A stretch of 64,000 bases of DNA from Octopus vulgaris. Taxonomy: Eukaryota. The position numbers and the translations under genes are program-made. Below are positions 13,758 through 25,910 of the stretch, piece by piece. The stretch's first letter is position 1; every line of letters starts with the position of its first letter. The DNA is taken from contig OX597819.1 of NCBI GenBank assembly GCA_951406725.2, positions 15,562,001-15,626,000 on the forward strand, read 5' to 3'. Under the pieces are notes generated by a model. It saw only the letters and a program-made list of their open reading frames with translations. It searched no databases and was not told the DNA's origin.

Positions 13758-13861
13758 CCAAGGACCCCAGGGTGACTGGCAGACCGACTGAGATGGTATG
13801 AAATAGCAACAGACAGGGCACAGAATATAGAAAACAGGACATGTTGGGAACTTTCCTTCTG
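13758..13861 (-). CDS. pcnx: Pecanex exon (104 nt, phase 0-2; tandem NAGNAG acceptor)
   Basis: TTTCAG|CAG acceptor, GG|GTAAGT donor; QKESSQHVLFSIFCALSVAISYHLSRSASHPGVL. Confidence 0.94.
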
Positions 13862-14362
13862 CTGAAATAGAAAGGGATAGGGCAGAAAACATTAGAGGAT
13901 AACTGTGCAGAATATTATGGGGTGTACTGTGAATGGTAAGGGACATCATGGTAGAATGGGACAGCAGGGCAGTAGTGGGTGAATGGTGACGTTGATGGGG
14001 CGGGCGGGGGGGGTCAATAAGAAGGGATAGTGCATAACACAGATATCTGTGTGTACCTGTTTGTTTACACAAACGAAATACAAACATTCGTTTATTTGTT
14101 TAATGGGTTCAGTCACTGGACTGTGACCAAGCTGGAGCAACACCATCGAAGATTTTAATTGATTATACCAACCCCAATCTCATACCCTTTTAATTGACTT
14201 CTACATGGGGATGGGGTCAGCTTGGCATAAAGGGAGACAGCTGGGTTGGATCAAATATTGAAAAGGTATTTTCGTTCAATAAACGGACGCACTTCTGCAC
14301 AGCAATTTCACCAAAACCTGGGTCAAGTTGTAACTGTGAAAGAAGACACTTGTTGAGATACT

Positions 14363-14789
14363 ATGCAGGAGTGGCTGTGTGGTAAGTAACTTGCTTACCA
14401 ACCACATGGTTCCGGGTTCATTCCCACTACATGGCACCTTGGGCAAGTGTCTTCTACTATAGCCTCAGGCTGATCAAAGCCTTGTGAGTGGATTTGGTAG
14501 ACAGAAACTGAAAAAAGTCTGTTGTATATATGTGTATGTATGTGTGTGGTGTGTGTGTGTGTGTGTCTGCGTGTATGTTTGTGTGTCTGTGTTTGTCCCC
14601 CCCAACATCGCTTGACAACCAATGGTGGTGTGTTTACGTCCCCGTAACTTAGCGGTTCGGCAAAAGAGACTGATAGAATAAGTACTAGGCTTACAAAGAA
14701 CAAGTCCTGGGTCGATTTGCTCGACCGAAGGCGGTGCTCCAGCATGGCCACAGTCAAATGACTGAAACAAGTAAAGGAGAGTAAAGAGT
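14363..14789 (+). mobile_element. tRNA-derived SINE family 1
   Basis: Same head, body and tail as the other copies. Confidence 0.9.
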
Positions 14790-14936
14790 ATAGAGGGTCG
14801 ACTGAGACCCACCCACCTCAGCCCACATAATTGCAAAGTTGACTTGTTAACCAGACAGCCTTGCCTACTCCCATCCATATACAAGCATCTAGAGACTCAA
14901 TCCAAACTGCAACACCAACGCGGAAAAGAGACTTAC

Positions 14937-15028
14937 CTTCAGGGCATAGTAGCAGAAGAAATATAATGCAGCAACAGCGACTAAACTTCTTGTTACTGAA
15001 TAGACAGCTGCACCAAGACTGGTAGTGG
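14937..15028 (-). CDS. pcnx: Pecanex exon (92 nt, phase 1-0)
   Basis: CGTCTAG|CC acceptor, AAG|GTAAGT donor; ATTSLGAAVYSVTRSLVAVAALYFFCYYALK. Confidence 0.94.
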
Positions 15029-16562
15029 CTAGACGGAGTAGAAGGGTGACAGATAAGTGAAGAATGGTGTATCTGGCATTACATTTATTCTGTGGTTTAC
15101 AAATTTGTTTCAAAAGCAATGCAGTGGACCAATCAAACATCAAGTCTATAGACATGGATGGGAACAATGATACAGGCATGCACAATGGGGTAATGATTAC
15201 AACACAACACCTCAGAAGTCATTTAATCATAATCGAATGGACAAATATAGTACAAACATCTCAATGGTCAAGTTATGTGTGTGTGTGTGTGCATATCGTA
15301 TTATTTCAGATCACTCTCTAGTGCACAGGCGTAACTTGACCAGTGAGATGTCCTCTACAATGTCACTCAACCTACGAGATATAACAGCCAAACTACCTTC
15401 AAATAAAATTTAGTGCCTTAAAAAAAAAAATAAAATTCATTGGATAACAATGACTTAAAAAAGATGTGATGGTCATGACTGGAACACCTTTGACCTAGAA
15501 CAGAACATCAAAGAAGGACACATTATATTAACTTTTCCTAGGTATGCTATGTCACAATTTAAAACAAGATGGTCATGGCTGGAACATCTTTAACCTGGAA
15601 CTAAAGTAGGAGGGGTACATGAGACAATGTAGCTCTTGGTTAACTATGGCTGACTAAAATGTAAAATGTTCATCACTGAAACACACGTAATTGTAAGTCT
15701 ATTTAATGAGGGCTGAGTTGGGATTAAGAGAGAATAATCCATTTTATTTGTTGGTATATAATAACAAAGAGGTTTTATTCTGTGTCATCTGTTCTTGTAA
15801 GACCCAGCTTCAATTATTTTCATCCTCATCTACACTCTTCCAAGTTCATCCTTGGTCAGCCATTAGAACTCACAACCAACAACTAACAAAATGATTTTAG
15901 GAGTAAAGATTGTTCGCCAACATAACATGGAAGTCCTGGTTTAAGACAAATCTTGCTGTAATTTAGCCCCAGGAGACATTGTCTCCAGCTGGCTATACGA
16001 CAAGATCTGTGTCCTTATATTTTCGAACAAGGGAATGAGTCGGGGTGCTAGATTCCCTTGTTCGAAAATATATGCCTCAACAGCTCTTTGCAAGCAAAGT
16101 TTATTGTCCAATGAATGAGGGGAATTCATAAGTGGGCTGGTTACACCCACTGCCATAGGCCATGGGCTATTGTCTCATATTCAGAATAAAACGTTTTTAG
16201 TACATTAAAGCTTAAGGGAGAGCTAACTTCATAGATAGGATCTGGGGTGATTTTCAGACAAGTGTTTTTGAAAAAATGGTGTGCTTATATGCCATCAAAT
16301 ATGGGAGGTTTATAACCCAAGTTATATACACATTAAATATGTTATCTAAGTTATTTAGATATAAAATAAGTGATTCCAAGGTACTTAGATGTTTAATAAG
16401 CAAGCAACAGGTTATACAAAATCAGTTACACAATGCAACAATGAAACGCAACAGGAATACTTTCACAGTTGCAACTAGAGTAGTTTTATAAAAGTTAAAA
16501 CTATATACACAATAGTCAGCTGTGGTAAAGTGCAATGGAGAAAGAGGAAGATATCAACAAAC

Positions 16563-16673
16563 CATTTCCTCCGAAGATATGCATGTCTGTCTGTTCCAAT
16601 ATGTACATGAAGAATGTCTTGACTTGAGGAAGAAGTCCAACCATGAACAGAACTGGTAACAGCAAGATAAAAA
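16563..16673 (-). CDS. pcnx: Pecanex exon (111 nt, phase 1-1)
   Basis: TTTCAG|TT acceptor, G|GTTTGT donor; VFILLLPVLFMVGLLPQVKTFFMYILEQTDMHIFGGN. Confidence 0.95.
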
Positions 16674-17169
16674 CTGAAACAAAAAGGAATAAAAGTAGAG
16701 CATAGCTTACCCTGGACTGTCTATACATATAAGAGATATTTAGTGTAAGGGTTTGGCCATGAAACAATGACAACCATATCACAGCATGTGGCCCTCTAAC
16801 ACTCCCGACTCAATTCCCCTTCACTATTCCATCTGGAGCATTGCTAAAAGAAGTCAGCCAGCAGCCCTAAGTACCGAGGACTTGGAGGTTTTGATCACAG
16901 ATATAGGAAGCAGCATGGGTGGTGACCACCTGATGCTGAAAGTTGCAGCTTCTATGGTCACATCAGGGCCATCATTGGGGCTGAGGGCAGTTTTGTTAAA
17001 TGGCCTATTCCTTTGATGCCTCAGTTGAACAGGTGGACCGTTTGCCTTTAAGAATGTTGCCTTTTTTTTGGTTGTCTTTATTTTTACTTTGTCTTTCATT
17101 TTGTTCTCAGTTGCCTCACACACACACACACACACACTGCCCTTTGAATGAAAATCAATGCAGACTTAC

Positions 17170-17341
17170 CTTTCATAAGACTTTTAGCAAATGTTAGCGA
17201 TGCAGTTGCAGTAAATGGGAAGCCATAGATAATAAATGATGTTGAAGATGCATGGTGAATGGTATAGTCGAGGAACTTGAGAAGGCCACAACACAAACAG
17301 AAGTAAAATGGACGGCTGAACACTATTAGACGATTGTAGCC
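17170..17341 (-). CDS. pcnx: Pecanex exon (172 nt, phase 0-1)
   Basis: TTTCCAG|GGC acceptor, G|GTAAGT donor; GYNRLIVFSRPFYFCLCCGLL... Confidence 0.96.
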
Positions 17342-17449
17342 CTGGAAATAAGACAGAAGAGAGAGAAAGATGTTTGATAGTAGATATAACATGATGCTTA
17401 CTAGAGATGTCAAGGTTTATAGCATAGGGATTAGAAAAAAGCTGTTTAA

Positions 17450-17667
17450 CCCTTTAGTGTTTAAACCAGCCATATCCGGCCCAAATATTCTATGTTTTAT
17501 ATTCAAACTGGCGATATCTGGCCTCTCACACCTAATCTACATTGACATTCTAAAAATAAACAATCATATCATTGAAACCTCAAAGCTATAAGATAATACA
17601 GGATTAATTAAAAACAATTTGAGTAAAAAAATATTACATTTAACAGAGTAATCTGAACACTAAAGGG
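17450..17667. mobile_element. piggyBac-type MITE family B
   Basis: TTAA|CCCTTTAGTGTT...AACACTAAAGGG|TTAA. Confidence 0.85.
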
Positions 17668-18267
17668 TTAATGGAGATGTATAAATCAAGGAAGTCCCAG
17701 CTGACTGGGGTCAAATAGTATGCTGACCAGTCTGATGGTTCCATGGTTTGCATCCAACCACTGGCACCATAATGTGTCCCAGTTGAGAACTGCTTTCAAT
17801 CCTTTCAGTGTATCATTATAAATAGGTACCATGAAGATGTAATCAATCCAGCTAAAAATATGTATCATGAAAAGTCACAAGCTATCTAACAGTAAATAGG
17901 TATGAAGAGGATATTATACAGCCTACCCAGCTGTATATAAATAGCATGTAAAAGTAGTCCACCCGGTTGGGAATAAATATCAAGGAATGCTGAAGTCCAT
18001 TTAGATGTAAATAGGTACCACGAGGCAGCACACAATATTTAGCTGTCAATAAGTACCAAGCAGCAGTGAAGTCTAGCCAACCATGGAATGGTGTTTGCAT
18101 AGCTCAGTACAAGTACAATTGACATAAGGTACTAAAAAGCTAAAATATTCAATCATGAGTCAATGATCATATTTAAATAAGAGAGGCTGGGGTGAATAGA
18201 TCAAAGCAGAGTAGCTCCCAAAAAGGATGTTAAATCATTCAAGAAAAGGGAAAAGTTCATAGCTTAC

Positions 18268-18300
18268 ATGCATAGGTGATGCTGAATCTGGTTGTACACT
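18268..18300 (-). CDS. pcnx: Pecanex microexon (33 nt, phase 0-0)
   Basis: TTTATCACAG|AGT...CAT|GTAAGC; SVQPDSASPMH completes the motif QYSLLKSVQPDxxSPxHG. Confidence 0.95.
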
Positions 18301-19615
18301 CTGTGATAAAAAAAGAAAACAAAGACATGAGATTAGCTGGTGGTGCATTTAAAGGAAACTGTCCAACAGAACATACTGGGCTGTAAGTGTATGGGTGTAT
18401 TCAAATATTACAAAGCTTAGCTGTGGGTGAAACAAAAATGTAAACCTTTCCCTTCTATGGTTTTGATACACAAGAAAAACAAAAAAGACAGGGAATTTCC
18501 TGACAGGCTATTTCACAGTTTGTTCATTGCTCTTCAGTGAAGACATATCTGGTTTCTTTTCCCAAATCAGTAGCATAGAATATTCAGCTATTATGTAAAG
18601 TGGTCGTATATTAGGCTAGCACCATAGTGGATAACTTGATTTACATTAATTTATGTTTTTCATTAAATAAACAATATATATTTTATGTACAACATGAATC
18701 AGAAGAACTGACATCCACTTAGAGAATACAGAATGAGGAATATATATATATTTACATAAATATATGCATGTATATTCAGGTAAGATACAAGAAAGAAAGA
18801 AAAAAAAAGTAAAAGCAATGTAGTACATGGAGAAGAAGAAGAGAAAGAAAGACAAGTTGGCATTTTGAAAATTGTGGTCCTGAACCTAGACAGACCATCT
18901 GAAGGGCACTGTACTATGAGTATGGGTACAAGGCATTTTGGTACAACCATTTTGGTGCTGCCTATTTGGCATCACAGATTTCATATTGGTTTTAGTGTTT
19001 TTCGTGTTCTCTCCCTCTTCATCTATCTTCATCTAAGCGAGCATCTAGTTTTGTTAGAATGTGTATGTCTGTCTCTGTTTATGTCTCTATCTGCATGTGT
19101 ATATTCCTCTGTGTGTGTGTGTGAGCGCATACCTCAAGGGCCAAAAAGTACTGCCACAAAAGCAGGCTGAATGCCCAGTCAGCCATGCCAAGATGTCGGC
19201 TGCACCCAACTGTTTCATTCCACTGTTCTACAGATATAGTCTTAAGGGAATACAAACCACAGAGGCCCAATACCTACAGCAGCAGTCTATAGAGATCCCA
19301 CACTAATATACACAACCAATTCAAATGGATATATCCTACAGAGGTCCTATATAGTCTGTAGGGCCTGTAGACGTCAAGAAGTGCTCCAGAAGGATTCAAG
19401 GCGTGTAGACAGTTTATAAAGGTCTTATACATACAGGCTTTTAGATCATGAATATCCCAGTGTGTAGGGATCACGGACATGTAAACCTAGCTGATAAGGT
19501 CATGGTCTATATTACAAGGGTCCTGAACAGCTACACACCAACTGCACCACCACAACCCCCCCACCACCACCACCATCATCCCAATGTGACAAATATCTTC
19601 ATGGCAACTACTTAC

Positions 19616-19769
19616 CTTGAGCAAAGAATATTGACAACTGGCCAGAATGAAACAAAAGATGAAGATGTAGAAATCTTTGTAGAAATGTGATGAAAGAACT
19701 AGGGCACCGAGTGAACTGACTGCTACTGCCATCAGAATGGCTATCAGGTTCTCAATGACGGTCAAGTTT
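19616..19769 (-). CDS. pcnx: Pecanex exon (154 nt, phase 2-0), transmembrane region
   Basis: TTTCAG|A acceptor, AAG|GTAAGT donor; NLTVIENLIAILMAVAVSSLG...FCFILASCQYSLLK. Confidence 0.96.
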
Positions 19770-20597
19770 CTGAAACACACACAAAAAAAAAGGCCTTTAC
19801 ATATCAATTCTCATTTCCTAACATTGACACATTGACACATCATCATCATCACAATGAAACACTTAATGAGGGGAGCAATATTGTTGGTTATAAAGCAACC
19901 CCAGTATTTGACTGGTACTTTATTTTATTCACCATTGAAGGACAGAAGGTAAAACTGATCTTGATAGGTATTGAACTCAGAATATAGAGAGCCGTAACTA
20001 AATACCACAAAGCATTTTATCTGATACTCTACTGATTCTGCCAAATCTACCAGCATTAGCACATTAAATTATTGACTGTGCCTTTCATCCAATCAGGGTT
20101 GATGTAAACAGTACCAGTTAAGCACTGGGGTCAACGTAATCAACTATCCTCTATTCCACAAAATCTCAAAACGCTGGATGAAATGCTTAATGGTATTTCA
20201 CCCATCACTATGTTCTGAGTTCAAATTCCACTGAGGTCAACTTTGCCTTTCAACCTTTCAGGGTCAATGACATGAGTTGAATACTGGGGTCAATGTAATC
20301 GACAATACCCCTCTCCCCTAAAATTTCAGACCTTGTGCCTATAGTAGAAAGGATTATTAAATACAACACCCCTAAAAACATACCAACACTACAATCAGCA
20401 ACAGTACCAATAACAATGGTATTACTACAACCAGCATCAAGAAACCCAATGCCCTGACCTTCAACTGGCCCACGACCTCCAACAATCACACAACCAATAC
20501 TTCTAGCACTCCCACATCAACAACCCGTTCTCATCAAGCCCCACCACCACTTCAATTTGTCTCAGTAATTTTACATCCAACAACCATAATTCCATCA

Positions 20598-20765
20598 CCA
20601 GGAGTGGCTGTGTGGTAAGTAGCTTGCTTACCAACCACATGGTTCCGGGTTCAGTCCCACTGCATGGCATCTTGGGCAAGTGTCTTCTGCTATAGCCTCA
20701 GGCCGACCAATGCCTTGTGCGTGGATTTGGTAGACGGAAACTGAAAGAAGCCTGTCGTATATATG

Positions 20766-20808
<43 letters not shown>

Positions 20809-21017
20809 ATATGTTTGTGTGTCTGTGTTTGTCCCCCAAGCATTGCTTGATAACCAATGCTGGTGTGTTTATGTCCCCGTCACTTAGCGGTTCGGCAAAA
20901 GAGACCGATAGAATAAGTACTGGGCTTACAAAGAATAAGCCCGGGGTCGATTTGCTCGACTAAAGGTGGTGCTCCAGCATGGCCGCAGTCAAATGACTGA
21001 AACAAGTAAAAGAGTAA
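20598..21017 (+). mobile_element. tRNA-derived SINE family 1
   Basis: Same head, body and tail. Abuts a different SINE-like element at about 21020-21345 that is related to 37130-37470. Confidence 0.9.
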
Positions 21018-21515
21018 TTGGCATTCCATCAGTAATGACAACGAGGGTTCCAGTTGATCCAATCAATGGAACAGCCTGCTCGTGAAATTAATGTGCAAAT
21101 GGCTGAGTACTCCACAAACATGTATACCTTTCACATAATTCTCAGAGAGATTCAGTGCGACACAGAATGTGACGAGACTGGATATTTGAATTATAGGTGC
21201 GACTCCTTTTTGCCAGCAGAGTGGATCAGAGCAATGTGAAATAAAGTGTCTTGCTCAAGAAATCAACACAACACACTGCTGGGAATTGAACTTGTGACCT
21301 TACATTCATGAGTCAAATGCTCTAACCACTTAGCCACATGCCTTCACTCTCACCACCACTTCAACTTGCCACTATACTCTTGTTACTCTTGCATCTAACA
21401 ACCATCTCATCACCACCACCATCACCAGTCACAAAGCCTCCCACATCCAACAACAACAATTGATACAGGTGAAGGAGGAGAAGAAGAAAGTCCACTGAAG
21501 ATCCAGCTTACTTAC

Positions 21516-21872
21516 CTGTCCAGTAATGCCAACAATTCCAATCGGTCAAAATGTATTTTGATGTATTTATTAGGAAACAACCAGAACTTATAAAACTGCT
21601 TTGGTTTGTCAATTGACTGATGTCCCGAAGAGACCTCGGTCACTGATGGACTGTCTGAGATGTCATCAACATTTGGGTGACCACTGCCAAAAGGTTCCAC
21701 TAAACCCCACTGTGACTCTATCTGCCATGGGTAAAACGCTTGTGTTGGACGCAGGTTGGAATGGAAATCCAGTGACCGCTCACGGCAAACAATGGCCTGC
21801 TCTTCTCTCTTTGGTGATGGTTCAATGACAACCGGCGAACCAGAACCGCTGCTTGATGTACTTTCATGGAAA
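21516..21872 (-). CDS. pcnx: Pecanex exon (357 nt, phase 2-2)
   Basis: TTGTGCAG|T acceptor, AG|GTAAGT donor; ends ...YKFWLFPNKYIKIHFDRLELLALLDR, matching the PCNX DRLxLLALxDRN motif. Confidence 0.95.
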
Positions 21873-23296
21873 CTGCACAAAGAAAACGTACATTATAAAA
21901 AATTCTAACATTACAAACAAACAAAAGGTGAAAGACATGACCACAACCGGCTAAAGAAGGGAAGGCAAGGTGGATCGGCATCAAGAAAATAGTGTTGTCA
22001 TAGAATCAGGCATTAAGTTGTTACTGATGTTTCATCAAGATGCAAGGCATGAAGAGCCTCCCCTTAGGGCCTGATCCCAGCTATCAAGAAGATAACCCAT
22101 AAGGAACAAGTAAACAGTTAAATCCTTTGTTATCTAGCCTATAATTACTTAATGAGATCATCATCACCATCATCATCATCATTGTTTAACATCCTGATAA
22201 TTAACTGTATATATCCTGCTACGCCCCACCCCACATTCTTCCCTCTGGAATCATGATGCTTGAGTGAAGAATGAGTGCGCTCTGGTCACCTTTACCATAT
22301 CTGCTTCTGTCACCATGCTCTACTGGACATGTTACCTTGACCAGACACCCTGCTCCTCATCATCCTCTCTCCTCCACACGTGTCACCCACGTATAATGCA
22401 GGGCAGCACTGCATCTCTGCCCAGTCAACATCCCCACCACTCTTATTACTGAAACACTCTCTCTCTCTCACTATTCTCCTACTTTCCCTCCTCCTCCTAT
22501 GAACCACTTCCATCACTTTACCCATCCATGCCCGACATCTCCTCCCACTCAACCCTCCTCCTCATCCTATCACACACTCCTGTTACCCCTTTCCGAAACA
22601 TTGTCTCTGTTAGCTTCTCTCCGACCACCATCTCTCAACAATAAACCTGTGCAACTCCAACAAGAACCCTTGGGTCCTCACAAACCCTGCAACCCATGCA
22701 GAAATTGCATAATACAGTGATTGCTTGTTCTGGACTGAGAAACAACATCACAGCCGAGCGTTTAGTTTGAACATTATAACTTGCACATGCAACCATTTTA
22801 TCTTGAACTATCTATGAGAGACATCATCATCGTTTAACATCCATTTTCCATGCTTGCATGGGTTGAACAGCTCAATAGGAGCTAGAAAGACAGAGGACTG
22901 CACCAAACTCCAAAGTATACTTTGGCATGTTCTCTACAGCTGGATGTCCTTCCTAACACCAACCAATTTACAGAGTGTACTGGGTGCTTTTTTCTTGTAC
23001 CATCAGTGCTTGTGAGGTCACCAAGTCACAAGAAGAGACCTTTTAACTGATTAGGGGTCATAGTATTGAAGGAGGTGGCTTTGTGGCTGGTGGTCAGAGG
23101 TCAAAGCATGATAGGGGGACAGGAACAGGTGTCTCGGTGTACAGGAGATACATGGCTATCCCAGTTGGAAAAGAAAGATGGTGATGATGGTGTGTCTAAA
23201 TGCCTAAACTAGTCACTTTAAATGAAGAAAGATAAGCATTACACACACACACACACACAGAGTCCCATTCAAAAAGAACTGAACTAGTAACCATAC

Positions 23297-23387
23297 CTTT
23301 TATCATTTGATTTCACCAGATCCATGTCAATAACACCTTGGGCCACACCAGAGCTATTCTCTCCAAATGTGTAGGTAAACCAATTAC
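23297..23387 (-). CDS. pcnx: Pecanex exon (91 nt, phase 1-2)
   Basis: TTTTCAG|GT acceptor, AG|GTATGG donor; GNWFTYTFGENSSGVAQG continues the FQDExGNWxTYTF motif. Not in the ORF track. Confidence 0.93.
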
Positions 23388-23410
23388 CTGAAAACATATA
23401 TATTGATAAT

Positions 23411-23732
23411 ACAGTTCTATAGTTAAGAGATGAGACATTATTTATATTATTTACATTTGACAGATATAACCACTACGCCATATGCTCGTGGGCATATGGC
23501 GTAGTGGTTAAGAGCACGGGCTACTAACCAGAAGATTCTGAGTTCAGTTCCAGGCAGTGACCTGAATAATAATAATAACATTGAAAAATACCTCAGGAAT
23601 GAGAACCCAGGTTCGAAATTTCTGCAAGACACCTGATGAAGGTTGGAGGGTATATCAGCTGAAACGTTGTGTTAACAACAAACAAGATGAGGACAAATAT
23701 CCATCAAATGTAAATAGCGTAAATAATGTATG
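23411..23732. mobile_element. Palindromic tRNA-head/hammerhead element, copy A (left arm mostly deleted)
   Basis: Central hairpin TAACCACTACGCCATATGC-N6-GCATATGGCGTAGTGGTTA (23467-23510), tRNA-like head, (AAT)n, hammerhead motif and inverted termini. Flanking direct repeat TATATTGATA at 23399-23408 and 23733-23742. Confidence 0.8.
23628..23673 (+). ncRNA. Minimal type I hammerhead ribozyme motif
   Basis: GACAC-CTGATGA-A-GGTTG(GAGGGTATAT)CAGCT-GAAA-CG-TT-GTGTT. Intact CUGANGA and GAAA core, stems I and II (with G-U pairs), palindromic AACGTT stem III; predicted cleavage after 23668. Confidence 0.75.
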
Positions 23733-24089
23733 TATATTGATATTAATATTACAACCAAATACAGTGTTAACTGATCAACCATAAACACCGAGCAGTAACA
23801 ATGATTGACCTAGATAGATACAAAGTAACTCTGAAGCCTAACTATGCTGACCAACAAGCCTCGTCTCAAACCAGTTGCAGCAGATCTGTGTCGGTGATAG
23901 TGAACAGGCCACAATTGGTGCAGCAAAGATGTTGACACCAAATAACAAATGTGAAAGTGAAAGTAAAACAGTCTGTGTGTGTTTTTGAATGGCTAATGTG
24001 TGACTTCCATGCTGCGATTGTTTTAGTTTCAACACAGCTTCAGATTAAATCACTCACCATACCAGAATGTTCCCAAAATTCCAGTATCA

Positions 24090-24490
24090 CTCTCTTTTAC
24101 GTGTTAGTCATTTGACTACGGCCATACTGCAGCACTGCCTTTAGTCGAGCAAATCGACCCCAGGACTTATTCTTTGTAAGCCTAGTACTTATTCTATCAG
24201 TCTCTTTTGCCGAACCGCTAAGTTACAGAGACGTAAACACATCATCGGTTGTCAAGTGATGTTGGTGGGACAAACACAGACACACACACATATGTATGTA
24301 TGTATGTATGTATGTATACATATATACGCCAGGCTTCTTTCAGTTTCCGTCTACCAAGTCCACTCACAAGGCTTTGGTCGGCCCGAAGCTATAGTAGAAG
24401 ACACTTGCCCAAGATGTCACGCATTGGGAATGAACCTGGAACCATGTGGTTGGTAAGCAAGCTACTTACCACACAGCCACTCCTGCACCT
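24090..24490 (-). mobile_element. tRNA-derived SINE family 1
   Basis: Reverse-complement copy of family 1. Confidence 0.9.
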
Positions 24491-25743
24491 GTTAATAATA
24501 CCTTCAAACATGGCCACACATTTTAAGAAGGATATACTGTCCGAGTCAGAGCATGAAGAGCAACAGCCATGGCTTCTGATAGCGGCAGAAAAAGGAGGAG
24601 TAAACCACAATTTCTAGCTTAGTCTAATGATGCAAGATCTCAATACTTGCAGCAGAATAGATCCCACTTAACACCACTCATAAAGCCAGAAGAAGAGGGA
24701 AGTGGTGACGGTGGTGTTTGACCAGGCATGGATCAAACAGACCCAATTACATGACTGGTACTTACTTTATTAAATCTACTACATGAAATGCCGCAGAATA
24801 TTTGCCTTCTCTTCTATTTATGGTCCAAACATTTACAGGCGAGACACAGACACACAAACACATGAGTCACAGACACACAAACACATGAGTCACAGACACA
24901 CACATCAACAGGTGCGTCTCAGACACTAAACTACAGGTGAGTCAGACACTAAATTACAGGTGAGTCATACACACATACACATTTGGATCACAGGCGCAAA
25001 CTACAAGTGGACTTGCAGACAACTACAGGTGTATTTAGAGACAGCAAAAAGAGGGTTAAGTCACATTTTTAGATGATGTACACAATGATAACTAGAAAAT
25101 CCGGATAATCTTTTTTAATTGTTTGGTCAGAGTAGAGAAGGCTGTACTCATGGCTCTTTTTCAGGCTGTTCAAGGCAGGTAAGAGTAAAAAGAGAAAGTT
25201 ACCTTCAAATCAAAGACCTGCCTCAAATTCTTGCAACAGAGTGGACTCTGTCAAAGAATCCCAAGAACCTAGTGCTGAGATACAGGGTAGGGTTTTAGAA
25301 GGAAATCGCTGTGGCCGGTTGGTTCAACCATGGAATATTACTGTTCCCTATTTTATGAAACCAGTAACAGATAATGAAACATCAGTATTGGTGGGGTTTG
25401 ACCTTCAAACAAAAATAGTTTGGATAGAGTAGAAATAGAATCTACAGACCATAGCATCATTACCATCTTTATAGGTACAGAAATGGTTTTGTAATGTTCA
25501 TGCTTTTCCTATAGTCACCCATACAAAGGCCTAACAATACCATATTTCTCTTAGGTATGGACTCAACATTTCTTACTAAACACACACACACAATAAGTTA
25601 GTTTATACACAGACTATATACATTATAATTGCTGTCCCATGTTAAACTCACAGACCCCATACACTGCTCATATGAAAGGCTATGGATTACAGCCCTTTTC
25701 AATAAACATGCCAACAGAAACTCAGGAAGTCTTAAATACTTAC

Positions 25744-25910
25744 CCACTTCATCTTGAAAATAGTGCATGGCCCCTTCAGTGGTATCATCATGAGATGAAG
25801 CGAGATGCCCTCCAGCAATGATGTTGAAGAGTGCAGCACGCAGCGGTGGGGATCGTCGTGTGTGCACACGACGCATGTTCACACGACCGGTTTCTCGACG
25901 ATAGCGACGC
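25744..25910 (-). CDS. pcnx: Pecanex exon (167 nt, phase 2-1)
   Basis: TTTTTAAG|G acceptor, G|GTAAGT donor; encodes HLASSHDDTTEGAMHYFQDEVG, a pecanex-type motif. Confidence 0.92.

Noticed and set aside
23490-23565. Functional tRNA gene (ACT-anticodon-like loop)
   Set aside because: Acceptor and anticodon stems are poor, there is no T-run terminator, and it always sits in the repeat element; treated as a tRNA-derived head.
25203-25402. Possible additional pcnx exon (AAG|GTAACT donor, T-rich acceptor)
   Set aside because: Stops in all three frames, and the flanking exons already join in phase through a conserved motif.
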